A DNA stretch of 64,000 bases. Origin: Vicinamibacteria bacterium (lineage in GTDB: Bacteria; Acidobacteriota; Vicinamibacteria; Marinacidobacterales; Marinacidobacteraceae). The stretch spans positions 1,536,001 through 1,600,000 of the forward strand of contig OZ219816.1 of the NCBI GenBank assembly GCA_964291235.2, in the 5' to 3' direction. The position numbers were made by a program, and so were the translations under genes. This document shows, one piece after another, positions 29,546-39,628 of this stretch (positions within the stretch are counted from its first letter, which is position 1; every line of letters begins with the position of its first letter). Under the pieces are notes generated by a model. That model was given only the letters and a program-made list of their open reading frames with translations, was not told where the DNA came from and searched no databases.

Positions 29546-31072
29546 TCACCCTGGGTCCACCCAGCCGAAACTCCGCTCCACGGCCTTGTCCCAGGCCGAG
29601 AGCCGCTCGGCCCGCTCGGCGCCGGACATCGTCGGCTCGAAGCGGGCATCCTCTTCGAGAGCTCCCGCCAGTTCCGCTTCGGATTCCCAAAAGCCCACGG
29701 CGAGTCCGGCCGCGACCGCCGCGCCGAGCGCGGTGGTTTCGATGCACCGAGGCCGCACTACCGGAATGCCCAGGACATCGGACTGGAAGGACAGCAGGAG
29801 ACCGCTCACCGTCATGCCGCCGTCCACCCGGAGTTCCTCGGGCGCGTGGCCGGCGTCGGCGCGCATCGCCGCAATGACCTCGTGGACCTGGAATGCGGAG
29901 GCCTCGATCGCGGCCCGCGCCAGGTGCCGCCGGTCGGTGTGGCGCGTCAGACCACAGATGACACCCCGGGCGTCAGACCGCCACCAGGGGGCGAAGAGGC
30001 CGGAGAACGCAGGCACGATGACGGCGCCTCCCGAGTCCTCCACCTGAAGCGCCAACGCCTCCACCTCGGCCGCGGTCTCCGCGAATCCCAACTGATCCCG
30101 GAGCCATTGGACGAGCGAACCGGCGACCGCGACCGAACCCTCGAGGGCGTAGTCCACCCGGTCCGCATCGCTGTAGGCAACGGTGGTCAGCAGGCCGGCC
30201 TTCGACGCCACGGCTTTCGTTCCGGTGTGCATCAACAAGAAGGCGCCGGTCCCGTAGGTGCACTTGGCCTCACCGGGACGGAGCCGCAACTGGCCGAGAA
30301 GAGCCGCCTGCTGGTCTCCGATCACGCCGGTGATCGGAACCTCCGCGCCGAACGGGCCGCCGGCAGCGGTACGGCCCCAGGCCTCCGGATGGGACGAGGG
30401 AGCAATCTCCGGCAGCATGGAGGCGGGAACGGCCAGCGCATCGAGCAACTCGCCGCTCCATCCGAGACTCGCCAGGTCCATCATCAGGGTCCGGCTGGCG
30501 TTGGTGGGGTCGGTGCGGTGAACGGCGCCCCCCGTGAGTTTCCAGACGAGCCAGGACTCCACCGTACCGAACACGGCGCGGCCCGCGACCGCCCGATCCC
30601 GGAGACCCTCCTGGTTTTCGAGCAGCCAGCGCAGCTTCGGGCCCGAGAAATAGGTGGCGGCGGGGAGGCCGGTCAACTCCCGGAGACGCTCCGCCCCGAC
30701 GGCCGCCTCGAGGTCCGCCGCCAGTGCGGCGGTCCGGGTGTCCTGCCAGACGATCGCCGGGGCGAGCGGCTCTCCGGTCGCCGGATCCCAGACCACGGTG
30801 GTTTCCCGTTGGTTCGTGATCCCCACGGCCGCCACGTCTTTCGCTTCGAACCCCCCGTTCCGGAGCGCGCCGACCACCACCTCCGCGGTCCGGTCCCAGA
30901 TCTCGACCGCATCGTGCTCGACCCAGCCGGGGCGCGGAGTGAGCTGGCGGTGCTCCTGCTGCGCCGACCCGGCGACCGAACCGTCACGGCCGAACAACAG
31001 GCAACGGCTGCTGGTGGTCCCCTGGTCGATCGCCGCCACCACCCGGGGCCGCGAGCGTGCGGCGCCCGTCAC
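29546..31072 (-). CDS. glpK: Glycerol kinase
   Basis: DQGTTSSR, GITNQRET, WQDTRT, GDQQAAL, KCTYGTG, ETTALGAA. Confidence 0.97.
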   Translation of the reverse strand: MTGAARSRPRVVAAIDQGTTSSRCLLFGRDGSVAGSAQQEHRQLTPRPGWVEHDAVEIWDRTAEVVVGALRNGGFEAKDVAAVGITNQRETTVVWDPATGEPLAPAIVWQDTRTAALAADLEAAVGAERLRELTGLPAATYFSGPKLRWLLENQEGLRDRAVAGRAVFGTVESWLVWKLTGGAVHRTDPTNASRTLMMDLASLGWSGELLDALAVPASMLPEIAPSSHPEAWGRTAAGGPFGAEVPITGVIGDQQAALLGQLRLRPGEAKCTYGTGAFLLMHTGTKAVASKAGLLTTVAYSDADRVDYALEGSVAVAGSLVQWLRDQLGFAETAAEVEALALQVEDSGGAVIVPAFSGLFAPWWRSDARGVICGLTRHTDRRHLARAAIEASAFQVHEVIAAMRADAGHAPEELRVDGGMTVSGLLLSFQSDVLGIPVVRPRCIETTALGAAVAAGLAVGFWESEAELAGALEEDARFEPTMSGAERAERLSAWDKAVERSFGWVDPG

Positions 31073-32649
31073 CGGGAGTTGAGCCGCAACGCCTGCCCGG
31101 GCCGCGCTCCCGTTACCTCACCGTCCTGGAGGACGAAGACTCCGGAAACCAGCACGTGTTGCACTCCCGTCGAGTAGTGGTGCGGATCTCCGAATTCACC
31201 GTGTTCTTCCACCGCCGCCGGATCGAGGACGGCTAGATCCGCAATGGCCCCTTCCTCGACGATTCCGCGGCCCTCGAGACTCAGCCGCTGGGCGGGGAAC
31301 GAGGCCATCTTCCGGATCGCTTCCTCAAGGGAAAGGAGTCCGGCCTCACGGACGTACAGGCTCAAGACCCGGGAAAACGTGCCGTAGTTGCGCGGGTGGG
31401 GTACGCCTTCTCCAGGGGCCACCACGCCGCCGTCGGAGGAGATCATCGTCCGCGGGTGACTCATGATCCGGCGCACGTCATCCTCGTGCATGGCGTGGAA
31501 GACACCGCCGAAACCGCCCTTTTCCTGCAGTTCGAGAGCCAGGGTCGCTCCGTTTTCGACGTTCGACTCGAGCCCTCGCTCCCGGAGGATGTCGCCCATG
31601 CTCTTTCCCTCGAGCGAGGGATCCCACTCACAGCGGGAGATCTGCACGTTGTCGGGGCTCCCGCCCCCCCGGTCCACTTCGAGGTTGTTCCTGATCGCCT
31701 GGCGGATCTCCTCGCGCGTTTGGGGATCCTGGAGCCGCTCGAGCAGGGCCTCGTTGCCACCGGCAAGGCTCCAGCCGGGGAACAGGATGGTCAATCCGGT
31801 GGACGACGCCGTGTAGGGGTACTGGTCGATCGTCACGTCCACCCCGCGCGCGACCGCTTCGTCCACCAGCCGCAGGCTCTCGGTGCTCTGGCCCCACATG
31901 GGAGCACCCACCACTTTGTGGTGGGTGAGCTGGGTGGGCAGTCCGCCCTCTTCACCGATCCGGATCGTCTCGCGTACCGAATCCATCAGCGTGAGTCCCT
32001 CCTCCCGCATGTGGCTCACGTGGATCCCGCCGTAGCCCGCTGCGACCTTCGCGAGTTCGATGACTTCCTCGGTTTCCGCGAACGTCCCCGGCGGGTATTT
32101 CAGCCCGGTCGAGAGCCCGTAGGCGCCCTCCTGCATCGCGCGATCCACCAGCGCCCGCATTGCATCGAGCTCGGCCTCGGTGGGCGCCCGGTCTTCAAGG
32201 CCCATGACCTCCCTGCGGATCGTCCCGTGCCCAACCATGAGCCCCATGTTGATCGCCGACCCCTCGGCCTCGAATTCCGCGAGCCACTCGCCGATCGGGA
32301 GCGGCGACCCCCCGTCGGGCCCGCCCATCGCGGTCGTGACCCCTTGCCGGAGGTAGTTCTCGGCGAGCGGATGGCGGAGCACCCCGCGGACCGCATGGCT
32401 GTGGAGGTCCACGAACCCGGGCACCACCGAGAGCCCCGAAACATCCACCCGGGCCTCGGCACGAGCGCCGGAGAGGTCGCCGATCGCCGCCACCCGGTCG
32501 CCCCGGATCCCGACATCGGCTACCTGCGCGGCGCCGCCGAGCCCGTCATGCACTTCGCCGCCGGCGAGCACTACGTCGTAGGGCTCTCCGCAGCCGGCGG
32601 CCAGCGCCGCCGCCAGCAAGCACGCAAGTCGCATTGACCGTTTTGCCAT
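31069..32649 (-). CDS. N-acyl-D-amino-acid deacylase (D-aminoacylase), lipoprotein
   Basis: PGFVDLHSH, GLSTGL, SHMREE, QYPYTASST, SSDG, HPRNYGTF. Lipobox AAGC. Confidence 0.92.
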   Translation of the reverse strand: MAKRSMRLACLLAAALAAGCGEPYDVVLAGGEVHDGLGGAAQVADVGIRGDRVAAIGDLSGARAEARVDVSGLSVVPGFVDLHSHAVRGVLRHPLAENYLRQGVTTAMGGPDGGSPLPIGEWLAEFEAEGSAINMGLMVGHGTIRREVMGLEDRAPTEAELDAMRALVDRAMQEGAYGLSTGLKYPPGTFAETEEVIELAKVAAGYGGIHVSHMREEGLTLMDSVRETIRIGEEGGLPTQLTHHKVVGAPMWGQSTESLRLVDEAVARGVDVTIDQYPYTASSTGLTILFPGWSLAGGNEALLERLQDPQTREEIRQAIRNNLEVDRGGGSPDNVQISRCEWDPSLEGKSMGDILRERGLESNVENGATLALELQEKGGFGGVFHAMHEDDVRRIMSHPRTMISSDGGVVAPGEGVPHPRNYGTFSRVLSLYVREAGLLSLEEAIRKMASFPAQRLSLEGRGIVEEGAIADLAVLDPAAVEEHGEFGDPHHYSTGVQHVLVSGVFVLQDGEVTGARPGQALRLNSR

Positions 32650-32776
32650 GGGTGTTCCTCCGCACGCCGCTCCCGTCCGGAGACCTGGCTCCCGGGAACG
32701 GGCAGCCGCCGAGTCTATCGGTATGCTGCGCCCACCGCTCCCGCGTCGTCCGCGGGAATCGTCAAGGAGAATTCGC

Positions 32777-34141
32777 ATGCGCCGGACCCGTAACCTCGTC
32801 ATTCCCGTCCTCTTGGCCGCCCTCCTCCTGCCGGCGGCGGCAGCCGGCCAATCGGCCCCCACCGTGCTTCCGATGCGGGAGCGGGCGGCGCTCGTGGACC
32901 GCTGGCTCGAGGTCCGGTTCGAGACCGTGCTGCCGGAGATCATGCGGCGCGACGGGGTGGACATGTGGATCGTCGCCGCTCGGGAATACAACGAGGATCC
33001 GGTGATCCGGACGATGCTGCCCTACACCTGGCTCGCGGCCCGGCGCCGCACGGTGCTCTTGTTCTTCGATCGGGGACCGGGCGAAGGCGTCGAGCGGCTC
33101 GCGGTGGCCCGCTACGACATCGGCGGCATCCCGGGGGCCTGGGATCCCGAGACCGAACCCGACCAGTGGGCCCGGGTGGCCGAACTGGTCCGGGAGCGAA
33201 ACCCCGGGGCAATCGCGGTCAACCGTTCGTCGGACTTCGGGCTCGCGGACGGGATCACCGCCACCGAATACGAGGCCCTCGCGGAAGCGCTGGGATCCGA
33301 CCTGGCGGGACGGCTGACGAGCGCCGAGACGCTCGCCATCGCCTGGCTCGAAACCCGGACTCCGGAGGAGATGGCCGTCTATCCGGCGGTCGTGCGGCTC
33401 GCGCGCTCGATCCTCTCCGAGGGTCTTTCGGAAAAGGCGATTCAGCCGGGGGTGACCACGACGCAGGACCTTTCGTGGTGGTACCGGGAGCGGATTCGCG
33501 AGCTGAAGCTCCAGACCTGGTTCCAGCCCGGGGTCTCGGTGCAGCGCCGCGAGGGCGCGATGTTCGGCGGCGACTCGGGCGAGCAGGGCGACTTTTCTTC
33601 GCGGCCCCCACCGGACGTCATCATGCCCGGCGATCTGCTCCACGTGGATTTCGGGATCACCTATCTCCGGTTGAACACGGACACCCAGATGCACGCCTAC
33701 GTGCTGCGCCACGGCGAGACCGAAGCCCCCGCGGGGCTTAGCGAAGCGCTCTCCACCGGGAATCGGCTGCAGGACATCCTGACCGACGAGTTCGTGACCG
33801 GCCGCACCGGGAATGAAATCCTCGCGGCGGCGCTGGCCCAGGCGAAGAGCGAGGGCATCACCGCGTCGATCTACACCCATCCCATCGGTTTCCACGGCCA
33901 CGCCGCGGGGCCCACCATCGGCCTCTGGGATCGCCAGGAAGGCGTGCCCGGCAAGGGGGACTACCCGCTCTTCCCGATGACCGCCCACTCCATCGAACTG
34001 AACGCCCGCGTGGGGGTGCCGGAATGGGACGGCCAGGAAGTCCGGATCGCCCTCGAGGAGGACGCCATCTTCGACGGTGAGGCGACCACGTACATCGACC
34101 CCCGGATGGAACGGCTGCTGCTGATCCCGCGCCCGCGCTAG
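32777..34141 (+). CDS. M24 family metallopeptidase (exported)
   Basis: Signal peptide, REYNEDP, HVDFG..NTDTQ, HPIGFHGH, SIE, LEED. Confidence 0.88.
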   Translation: MRRTRNLVIPVLLAALLLPAAAAGQSAPTVLPMRERAALVDRWLEVRFETVLPEIMRRDGVDMWIVAAREYNEDPVIRTMLPYTWLAARRRTVLLFFDRGPGEGVERLAVARYDIGGIPGAWDPETEPDQWARVAELVRERNPGAIAVNRSSDFGLADGITATEYEALAEALGSDLAGRLTSAETLAIAWLETRTPEEMAVYPAVVRLARSILSEGLSEKAIQPGVTTTQDLSWWYRERIRELKLQTWFQPGVSVQRREGAMFGGDSGEQGDFSSRPPPDVIMPGDLLHVDFGITYLRLNTDTQMHAYVLRHGETEAPAGLSEALSTGNRLQDILTDEFVTGRTGNEILAAALAQAKSEGITASIYTHPIGFHGHAAGPTIGLWDRQEGVPGKGDYPLFPMTAHSIELNARVGVPEWDGQEVRIALEEDAIFDGEATTYIDPRMERLLLIPRPR

Positions 34142-34194
34142 GAGACCCGCCTTCAGGGAAGGCGATGGAGCCCGGTCGCGCCGGCGCGAGCGCC

Positions 34195-34548
34195 TCAGGC
34201 GCCGAGCAGCAACGTGCTGACCAGTGTGGTCAGAGTTCCCAGCAGCGTCGCGAGCAGCAGCAGCAGGAAGCCCCAGATCCGGCGCAGTTCCTTCTCCACC
34301 GAGTCGATCCGCGCCGACAGCTGCACTGTAGCCGTCTGTAAGTTGGCATTCTGTTCCGCCGCGGTGGTCTGAATCAGCGCCGTAAGCTGCTGAACGACTG
34401 TCTGCCCGGCCATGGACTCGATCTCCCGAACCGCAGTATAGACCTGTCCAGCGTCTCGATTTCCCGCCGCGAGCAAGCGGAACAGTGCGCCCGATTCAGG
34501 TGGCGCATCCGATTTTCCTTCGGCGTTTTCACTGCGTACTTCAGGCAT
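34195..34548 (-). CDS. Small coiled-coil protein with C-terminal TM helix
   Basis: GGGAGG RBS, heptad region QLSARIDSVEKELRR, hydrophobic tail. Confidence 0.6.
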   Translation of the reverse strand: MPEVRSENAEGKSDAPPESGALFRLLAAGNRDAGQVYTAVREIESMAGQTVVQQLTALIQTTAAEQNANLQTATVQLSARIDSVEKELRRIWGFLLLLLATLLGTLTTLVSTLLLGA

Positions 34549-34705
34549 GGAAGCCTCCCTGGCGCCGCGTGCGCGGCGCCGGCTGGCGCGCCCAGGTTCA
34601 GACGCGAATGGGGTCCTACCTGTCATAGACGTAAACCGTCGCCAAAATTTCTCACCGTCCCGGTTTCCCCGTCGCAGGGCGGTCCCGTGACATCCTTGGG
34701 CCGCC

Positions 34706-36061
34706 ATGACCGCCGTCCTCCTCGGCACCCTCTTCGTCGCGGTCTCGATCGGCGTCCTCCGTCTCCACCCGTTCCTCGCGCTGACGCTTGGCGCGATCCT
34801 GGCGGGGTCGCTCGGTCCCTCGGCCAACTCGGCCCCGGAACGCGTTTACGCCGCTCTCGAAGCGACCGGGAGCGCGTTCGGGGATCTCGTCGGAGCCATC
34901 GGAATCGCCATCGCCCTCGCGGCGGTCATCGGCGACTGCCTGTTGCGGAGCGGAGCCGCCGACCGGATTGCCGGATCGCTGCTGGGCCTGTTCGGTGAGC
35001 GCCGCGCCGTCTGGGCGCTCGCGGCAGCGGCCTACGTGCTGTCCATTCCGGTGTTCTTCGACACCGTGTTCTTCCTGCTCATCCCCCTGGCCCGGGCACT
35101 CGCCCGCCGGGCTCCGGGCCGCTACCCCATGTTCGTGATGGCGATCTGCGCCGGCGCCATCGCGACCCACTCGCTCGTCCCGCCGACGCCGGGCCCGCTC
35201 GGAATGGCGGACAATTTGCAGCTCGACATCGGAACCGCGATCGGCTTTGGCCTGCTGCTCGGGATCCTGCCGGTGATCGCCGCGCTCCTTGCCGCGCCGC
35301 GGTTTGTCCGGGGCATGAACGTGGAGCCGGACAGCGCCGAAGCTTCCGATTCGGGTGGAACGGAGCCCGAGGGCCCCCGTCCGGGCCTCCTCGCCTCGGT
35401 GTTCCCGATCGCGCTGCCGGTCGTCCTGATGGGCGCGGCATCGGCGGCCGCGGCCGGCGCCGGAGGCGCGATTCCGGGCGCCGCCTGGCTGGCGGTCCTC
35501 GGCCACCGGAACGCGGCGCTCTTCCTGGCAGCGTTCGCCGCCGCGCTCGTGCTCTGGAAGGCTCAGCGGCTCCCGCTCCGGAAGCTCCTCGGATCGTTCG
35601 GCGGAGCGATCGGCGAAGCCGGCCCCATCATCCTGATCACCGCCGCCGGCGGGGCCTTCGGGCGAGCCCTCGCCGGCGCCGGCGTCACCGAAGACCTCGC
35701 CCGGGTGTCAGCCGCCGCGGACGGGACCGTCCTCCTGCTGCTCGCCGCCGGCATTGCCTCGCTCCTCAAGCTCGCGCAGGGGTCCGGCACCGTCGCCATC
35801 CTCACCGGGTCGGCCATCGTCGCTTCGCTGGTGTCCGACCCGGGCGCGCTGCCCTTCCATCCGGCCTACCTGTTCGCCGCCGTGGGGTTCGGATCCATGG
35901 CGGCATCCTGGATGAACGACAGCGGATTCTGGGTGGTGGGCCGGATGTCCGGGTTCCGCGAGGGCGAGACCTTCCGCACCTGGACGGCGGTCGCCGCCAC
36001 AGTCGGCATCCTCGGGGTGATCCAGGTGCTGGTGCTGGCCACCCTCTTCCCACTCGTCTGA
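34706..36061 (+). CDS. GntP family permease
   Basis: LHPFLAL, IPVFFD, LVPPTPGP, AGGAFG, AQGSGTVA, WMNDSGFW. Confidence 0.93.
   Translation: MTAVLLGTLFVAVSIGVLRLHPFLALTLGAILAGSLGPSANSAPERVYAALEATGSAFGDLVGAIGIAIALAAVIGDCLLRSGAADRIAGSLLGLFGERRAVWALAAAAYVLSIPVFFDTVFFLLIPLARALARRAPGRYPMFVMAICAGAIATHSLVPPTPGPLGMADNLQLDIGTAIGFGLLLGILPVIAALLAAPRFVRGMNVEPDSAEASDSGGTEPEGPRPGLLASVFPIALPVVLMGAASAAAAGAGGAIPGAAWLAVLGHRNAALFLAAFAAALVLWKAQRLPLRKLLGSFGGAIGEAGPIILITAAGGAFGRALAGAGVTEDLARVSAAADGTVLLLLAAGIASLLKLAQGSGTVAILTGSAIVASLVSDPGALPFHPAYLFAAVGFGSMAASWMNDSGFWVVGRMSGFREGETFRTWTAVAATVGILGVIQVLVLATLFPLV
35939..36061 (+). repeat. Direct repeat copy 1 (gntP 3' end)
   Basis: About 123 bp, repeated at 36687-36809 with a few substitutions. 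Confidence 0.95.
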
Positions 36062-36089
36062 CGCTCGCGTTTCGCTACCATGATCCACC

Positions 36090-36398
36090 GTGACCAATTC
36101 CAAGGCTGGGCCGGACCCCCTGCGACCCCTCGCGGTGGAACCTCGGGATGGGTTTCGCATCTGGCTCCGCTACGCCGACGGCGCCGAGGGAGAGGTGGAT
36201 CTCTCGGACCTCGCGGGAAAGGGCGTTTTCGCAGCCTGGCTGGACAGGGATTTCTTCCACGACGTGCGGATCGCGGATGGGGGAGAAATCGCCTGGCGGG
36301 ATGACATCGATCTCTGTCGTCACGCGCTCTATCTCCGACTCACCGGGAAGACTCCGGAGCAGGTGTTCCCCGGATTGAGCAATAGGGCAAGTGCCTGA
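36090..36398 (+). CDS. DUF2442 domain protein (putative antitoxin)
   Basis: VEP...F.IWLRYADG.EGEVDL, GVF..W, IAW.DDIDLC...LY. Confidence 0.8.
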   Translation: MTNSKAGPDPLRPLAVEPRDGFRIWLRYADGAEGEVDLSDLAGKGVFAAWLDRDFFHDVRIADGGEIAWRDDIDLCRHALYLRLTGKTPEQVFPGLSNRASA

Positions 36399-36651
36399 GG
36401 TAAGCCGCTTCTACGGGATCGTCGTACAGATCTTCTATTCGGACCACGCACCGCCCCATTTCCACGCGAAATATGCTGGGCAGGAAGTCCTGGTGTCCAT
36501 CCGGGACATCACGTTGCTGGAAGGTCAATTCCCGCCCCGAGCGCTTGCCATGGTGATGGAGTGGGCAGCCATGCACCGGGCCGAACCACTGGATGCATGG
36601 AACCGGGCACAACAACACCGGTCGCCCGGGAAAATCGCGCCGCTGAACTGA
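36391..36651 (+). CDS. DUF4160 domain protein (HicA-like fold, putative toxin)
   Basis: MPEVSRFYGI, DHAPPHFHA.Y, EWAAMH, KIAPL. Confidence 0.88.
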   Translation: MPEVSRFYGIVVQIFYSDHAPPHFHAKYAGQEVLVSIRDITLLEGQFPPRALAMVMEWAAMHRAEPLDAWNRAQQHRSPGKIAPLN

Positions 36652-36686
36652 TGCGGGTGGATCATCCCCTCGGTCCCCGGCTGGTT

Positions 36687-36809
36687 GGCCGGATGTCCGG
36701 GTTCAGCGAGGGAGAGACCTTCCGCACCTGGACGGCGGTCGCCGCCACGGTCGGCGTCCTCGGGGTGATCCAGGTGCTGGCGCTGGCCACCCTCTTCCCA
36801 CTCGTTTGA
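36687..36809 (+). pseudogene. Duplicated gntP 3' fragment (direct repeat copy 2)
   Basis: Encodes GRMSGFSEGETFRTWTAVAATVGVLGVIQVLALATLFPLV*, matching the permease C-terminus. Confidence 0.9.
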
Positions 36810-36831
36810 TCCTTCCCGAGAGAACTGCCCC

Positions 36832-38241
36832 ATGAGCGACAAGAGAAAACGCAACCTCCAGGCGCCCGCCCGCAGCCGGCGGGAGTTCGTCAAGTCCGTC
36901 GCTGCCGGATCGACGCTGGCGGCGGGTCTTCCGTCAGCGCTTGCGGGCGAACGCCGGACACTGAGCCGGCGCGGACTTCGCCGGCGGTCCGGGGAGTCCC
37001 CTGCCGCCCAGGCCGCACCCTCCGACCGCATCGGTCTCGCCGTGATCGGCGCCGGCGGAATGGGCATGGCGGATGTGGACACGGCGCTCCGCATCCCCGG
37101 GGTCGAACTCGTCGCCGCGTGCGACATCTTCGATGGGCGCCTCGATTCCGCCCGCGAGCGGCACGGCGACATCTTCACCACCCGCGACTACCGGGAGGTG
37201 CTCGCGCGCGACGATGTGGACGCGGTCATCGTAGGGACCCCCGACCACTGGCACCAGAAGATCTCGGTGGACGCTCTGCGAGCGGGGAAAGCCGCCTACT
37301 GCGAAAAGCCGATGGTCCACGATATTGCCGAGGGCCACGGCCTGATCCAGGCCCAGGAGGAATCGGGCAGCGTTTTCCAGGTGGGCAGCCAGGGCATGAG
37401 CTCCCTCGGTAACGAGAAGGCGAAGGAGCTGTACGAAGCAGGCGCGATCGGCGAGCTCAACTACGCGGAGGGCTTTTGGGCGCGCAACGATCCGATCGGC
37501 GCCTGGCAGTATCCGATCCCGGTGGGCGCGTCCGAAGAGACCGTCGATTGGAAGCGCTTCCTCGGCGCGGCCCCGCAGCTTCCGTACGACCCGCTGCGCG
37601 TTTTCCGCTGGCGCAACTACCGCGACTACGGCACCGGGGTCGCTGGCGACCTCTTCGTCCATCTTTTTTCGAGCCTGCACTTCGTCGTGAGTTCGCGGGG
37701 TCCGACACGCATCCAGGCGGCGGGCGGGCTCCGCTACTGGAAGGACGGCCGCGAGGTGCCGGACGTGCTCCTCGGCATGTTCGACTATCCCGAGACCGAT
37801 ACCCACCCGGGGTTCAACCTGTCGCTGCGCGTCAATTTCGTGGATGGCACCTCCGGCAGCACCTTCTTGCGACTCGTCGGGAGCGAGGGGGCGATGGACG
37901 TGACCTGGAACGACGTGGCGCTTCGCAAGAACGTCGCGGTGAACCCGATGGACGCCTTCTCGCGGGAAAAGATGGCCGAGGCCGCGAGGGCCGAGGAAGG
38001 ACTTCCCGCCCGCGTTCGCATGCAACCGCCCGTCGAGATCCGTTATGAGGTCGAGCCCGGCTACCGCGGCGCGCTCGTGGACCACTTCTCGAACTTCTTC
38101 GCGGCAGTCCGTGGTGGACCGCCGGTGTTGGAGGACGCCGCTTTTGGCCTGCGCGCCGCCGCTCCGGCACTCGCCTGCAACCTCAGCTATTTTCAGGACC
38201 GGATCGTCCACTGGGACCCCGAAGGGATGAGGCTCGTCTGA
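36832..38241 (+). CDS. Gfo/Idh/MocA family oxidoreductase, Tat-exported
   Basis: SRREFVK Tat motif, IGAGGMG, TPDHWH, CEKP, WRNYRDYGTG..GDLFVH. Confidence 0.93.
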   Translation: MSDKRKRNLQAPARSRREFVKSVAAGSTLAAGLPSALAGERRTLSRRGLRRRSGESPAAQAAPSDRIGLAVIGAGGMGMADVDTALRIPGVELVAACDIFDGRLDSARERHGDIFTTRDYREVLARDDVDAVIVGTPDHWHQKISVDALRAGKAAYCEKPMVHDIAEGHGLIQAQEESGSVFQVGSQGMSSLGNEKAKELYEAGAIGELNYAEGFWARNDPIGAWQYPIPVGASEETVDWKRFLGAAPQLPYDPLRVFRWRNYRDYGTGVAGDLFVHLFSSLHFVVSSRGPTRIQAAGGLRYWKDGREVPDVLLGMFDYPETDTHPGFNLSLRVNFVDGTSGSTFLRLVGSEGAMDVTWNDVALRKNVAVNPMDAFSREKMAEAARAEEGLPARVRMQPPVEIRYEVEPGYRGALVDHFSNFFAAVRGGPPVLEDAAFGLRAAAPALACNLSYFQDRIVHWDPEGMRLV

Positions 38242-39575
38242 TGAATCGAATAAACAGAGCGCACCCCGTGCTGGCCGCGATCGTGTTTGCCACCGCCTGT
38301 GGCGGCGGGGCTCCGCCCGGCGGGAGCGCCGCTTCCGGGACAACCACCCCGGCCGCGGAGGAGGCCGCTCCCCCCAACACCCTCACCGAAGCCGAACGCG
38401 CCGCGGGTTGGCGCCTCCTCTTCGACGGCGAGACGGCGAACGGATGGCGCGGCTACAACCGCGAGGAGTTCCCCGACACCGGCTGGGGGGTGATGGACGG
38501 CATGCTGGTCGTGGGCGCCACCGCCGTCGATCCGGACGTCCCGGTAGGCGGGGACATCGTCACCACCGAATCCTTCGCGGACTTCGACCTCCGGTTCGAG
38601 TTCCGGCTCTCCGAGGTGGCCAACAGCGGCGTCCTCTACCGGGTGATCGAGGAGGAGGACGCCGAGATCTGGTTCAACGCGCCGGAGTACCAGGTGCTGG
38701 ACGACGACGCCTACATCGAGATGGGCACGATGGACATGCACACCCATCTCACCGGCGACAACTACGACCTGCACGCGACCGGCGAGAAGACTCTCCACGG
38801 GCCGGGCGAGTGGAACGAGGGCCGCATCCGCGTCCTCAACAACCAGGTGGAGCACTGGTTGAACGGCAAGAAGACGGTGGAGTACGAACTCGGCTCGGAG
38901 GAATGGGAGGAGCTGGTGGCGGCCAGCAAGTTCGCACCCTATCCCCGGTACGGCCGCGCCGCGTCGGGCCCCATCGGCCTCCAGGATCACGGCAGAAACG
39001 TCTGGTACCGCAACATCAAGATCCTGCCGCTCGCACCGGTCTCCCTGTTCAACGGTGACAACCTCGACGGCTGGCAGGTGCACGGCACCGAGCAGTGGTA
39101 CGTCGAGAACGGGGAACTGGTGTGCGAAAGCGGCCCCGATGCGGAGTACGGCTACCTGAAGACCGCAAGGACGTTTCGCGACTTCGACCTGACGCTGGAC
39201 TTCAAGCAGGAGGCCGACGGCAACAGCGGGGTGTTCTTCCGCGCCGGCGTCGAGGGGACGATCGTCAGCGGCTGGCAAGCCGAAGTCGCGCCACCCGGAT
39301 TGTTCACGGGCGGCATCTACGAGTCCTATGGCCGCGGCTGGCTGGTGCAACCCGATCCGGCGCTGGACGGGGCGCTCCGCATGGGCGAGTGGAACACCTT
39401 GCGCGTCCGGGCGGTGGGCGACCGGGTGACCACCTGGCTGAACGGCACCCGCATGGTGGATTTCCGAGACGAGCAGATCGGCGCGGGAGAGGGGGCGATC
39501 GCCCTCCAGATCCACGACGGCGGCGGGATAAAGGTGCGCTGGCGGAACATCCGGGTGGTGGATATCAGCGAGTGA
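38241..39575 (+). CDS. Tandem DUF1080 (3-keto-glycoside hydrolase-like) lipoprotein
   Basis: Two domains each with LF.G, NSGV, GEWN, I.LQ.H, RNI. Lipobox ATAC. Confidence 0.9.
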   Translation: MNRINRAHPVLAAIVFATACGGGAPPGGSAASGTTTPAAEEAAPPNTLTEAERAAGWRLLFDGETANGWRGYNREEFPDTGWGVMDGMLVVGATAVDPDVPVGGDIVTTESFADFDLRFEFRLSEVANSGVLYRVIEEEDAEIWFNAPEYQVLDDDAYIEMGTMDMHTHLTGDNYDLHATGEKTLHGPGEWNEGRIRVLNNQVEHWLNGKKTVEYELGSEEWEELVAASKFAPYPRYGRAASGPIGLQDHGRNVWYRNIKILPLAPVSLFNGDNLDGWQVHGTEQWYVENGELVCESGPDAEYGYLKTARTFRDFDLTLDFKQEADGNSGVFFRAGVEGTIVSGWQAEVAPPGLFTGGIYESYGRGWLVQPDPALDGALRMGEWNTLRVRAVGDRVTTWLNGTRMVDFRDEQIGAGEGAIALQIHDGGGIKVRWRNIRVVDISE

Positions 39576-39628
39576 GCTACCCGGCCGGGCCCCAGCGAAG
39601 TGCGGCCAGTCCCCGCTTTCTCGCGGTA

